Assembly: GCA_013239625.1 (NCBI GenBank)
Contig: MU053594.1
Coordinates: forward strand, 2,608,127-2,672,126
Direction: 5' to 3'
From: Lama guanicoe
Lineage: Eukaryota
Length of the DNA stretch: 64,000 bases
Each line of letters starts with the position of its first letter. Position 1 is the stretch's first letter. The position numbers and the translations under genes are program-made. Of this stretch, positions 63,261 through 64,000 are shown one piece after another. The notes under the pieces are model-generated. The model saw nothing but the letters and a program-made list of their open reading frames with translations, was not told the DNA's origin and made no database searches.

Positions 63261-63834
63261 AAGGGCCAGATAACTGCTCAAGTCGTCTCAAACACTAATT
63301 GCACAAAAACATTTTCCATTTGCTAGAAATTACAGAGATTTCCGAGTGGCCAAAGACATCATGGTAAAAATATTTAGACAACTGGCAAACTCCTCTTTCT
63401 CTATATGTTATTTCCAAAGGAGATAATCTTTAATCTTCTCTTCCATCCAAATTATTCCCTGTCTTGAGAAAAAAATGCCAAAAATGTTTGGGAAAATGTA
63501 CTCCACCCACGTTTTTTTGGATGGGCTGGTTTCTTAGTTCCTACGTGAGCCAAATTTTAATCCACAGGAATTTTCTTAGAAAAGAGATACTGCCAAAATG
63601 TTCTTCCAATATAATTCTGGTGGGAATCTTCGGTAGGTGAATGTAAGTTATAGTCATAGAATGTAAGAAAAGAAGAACATTTATCATGCTCAATTCTAAA
63701 TACTACAAATGTATTAGGAAGTACCTGGGACTTCACAGCTAGTCAATAAAGCATGAGGATTTCAGAGTTTACATAATCTAGATTTCCATATTCCTTCAGT
63801 TGCTTCTTTATAGATGGAGATTCTTTAAGAACAT

Positions 63835-64000
63835 TGTGCAAATATTTTTGAGCATGGTGTGAGGCTACTGCAGATATGCTGATCAACACAGACAGTCCCT
63901 GCCCTCATGGAGCTTACATCTAAGATAAAGATACAAAAAGATAAATAAACATTTATAATAATCCAATATGAGAATAATTATAGTGTGACAGTGGTTTGAT
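63835..64000 (-). mobile_element. L2 3' end (runs off window)
   Basis: ACAGACAGTCCCTGCCCTCATGGAGCTTACATCTA, near-consensus L2 reverse tail. Confidence 0.8.

Noticed and set aside
1..64000. CRISPR array, tRNA/rRNA/miRNA genes, operon-like or defence systems, host gene identity
   Set aside because: No repeat-spacer array, recognisable structured RNA or coding exon seen; the DNA is mammalian non-coding and I could not identify the locus.

Overview
Non-coding, repeat-rich mammalian genomic DNA (intergenic or deep intronic); no protein-coding gene, RNA gene or CRISPR array can be supported. The only ORFs in the track with recognisable homology are decayed LINE-1 ORF1p/ORF2p pieces. Much of the window is transposon-derived: L1 of several ages, L2, L3/CR1, many MIRs, ERVL/MaLR LTRs, a decayed ERVL provirus with a recognisable integrase motif, and hAT-Charlie elements. 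The young L1 3' UTRs look cetartiodactyl, and I recognised no Alu, B1/B2, Bov-tA, PRE1, CHR or SINEC elements, which suggests a camelid (inference). There is one 113-N scaffold gap with a falsely duplicated flank. I did not find a convincing new biological system. The best observations are unusual retrotransposition products read from target-site duplications (TSDs): a probable L1 3' transduction inside an LTR40, a twin-primed inverted L1 inside an LTR16, and two TSD-bounded L1s whose 5' UTR is fused to the distal ORF2. There are also candidate regulatory elements (NF-kB/STAT6 composite palindrome, AP-1 cluster, steroid-receptor palindrome, 56-bp Z-DNA tract) and well-formed non-coding exon candidates near 62 kb. 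Repeat family names come from my recollection of consensus sequences and boundaries are approximate (tens of bp); RepeatMasker/Dfam is needed to confirm them.
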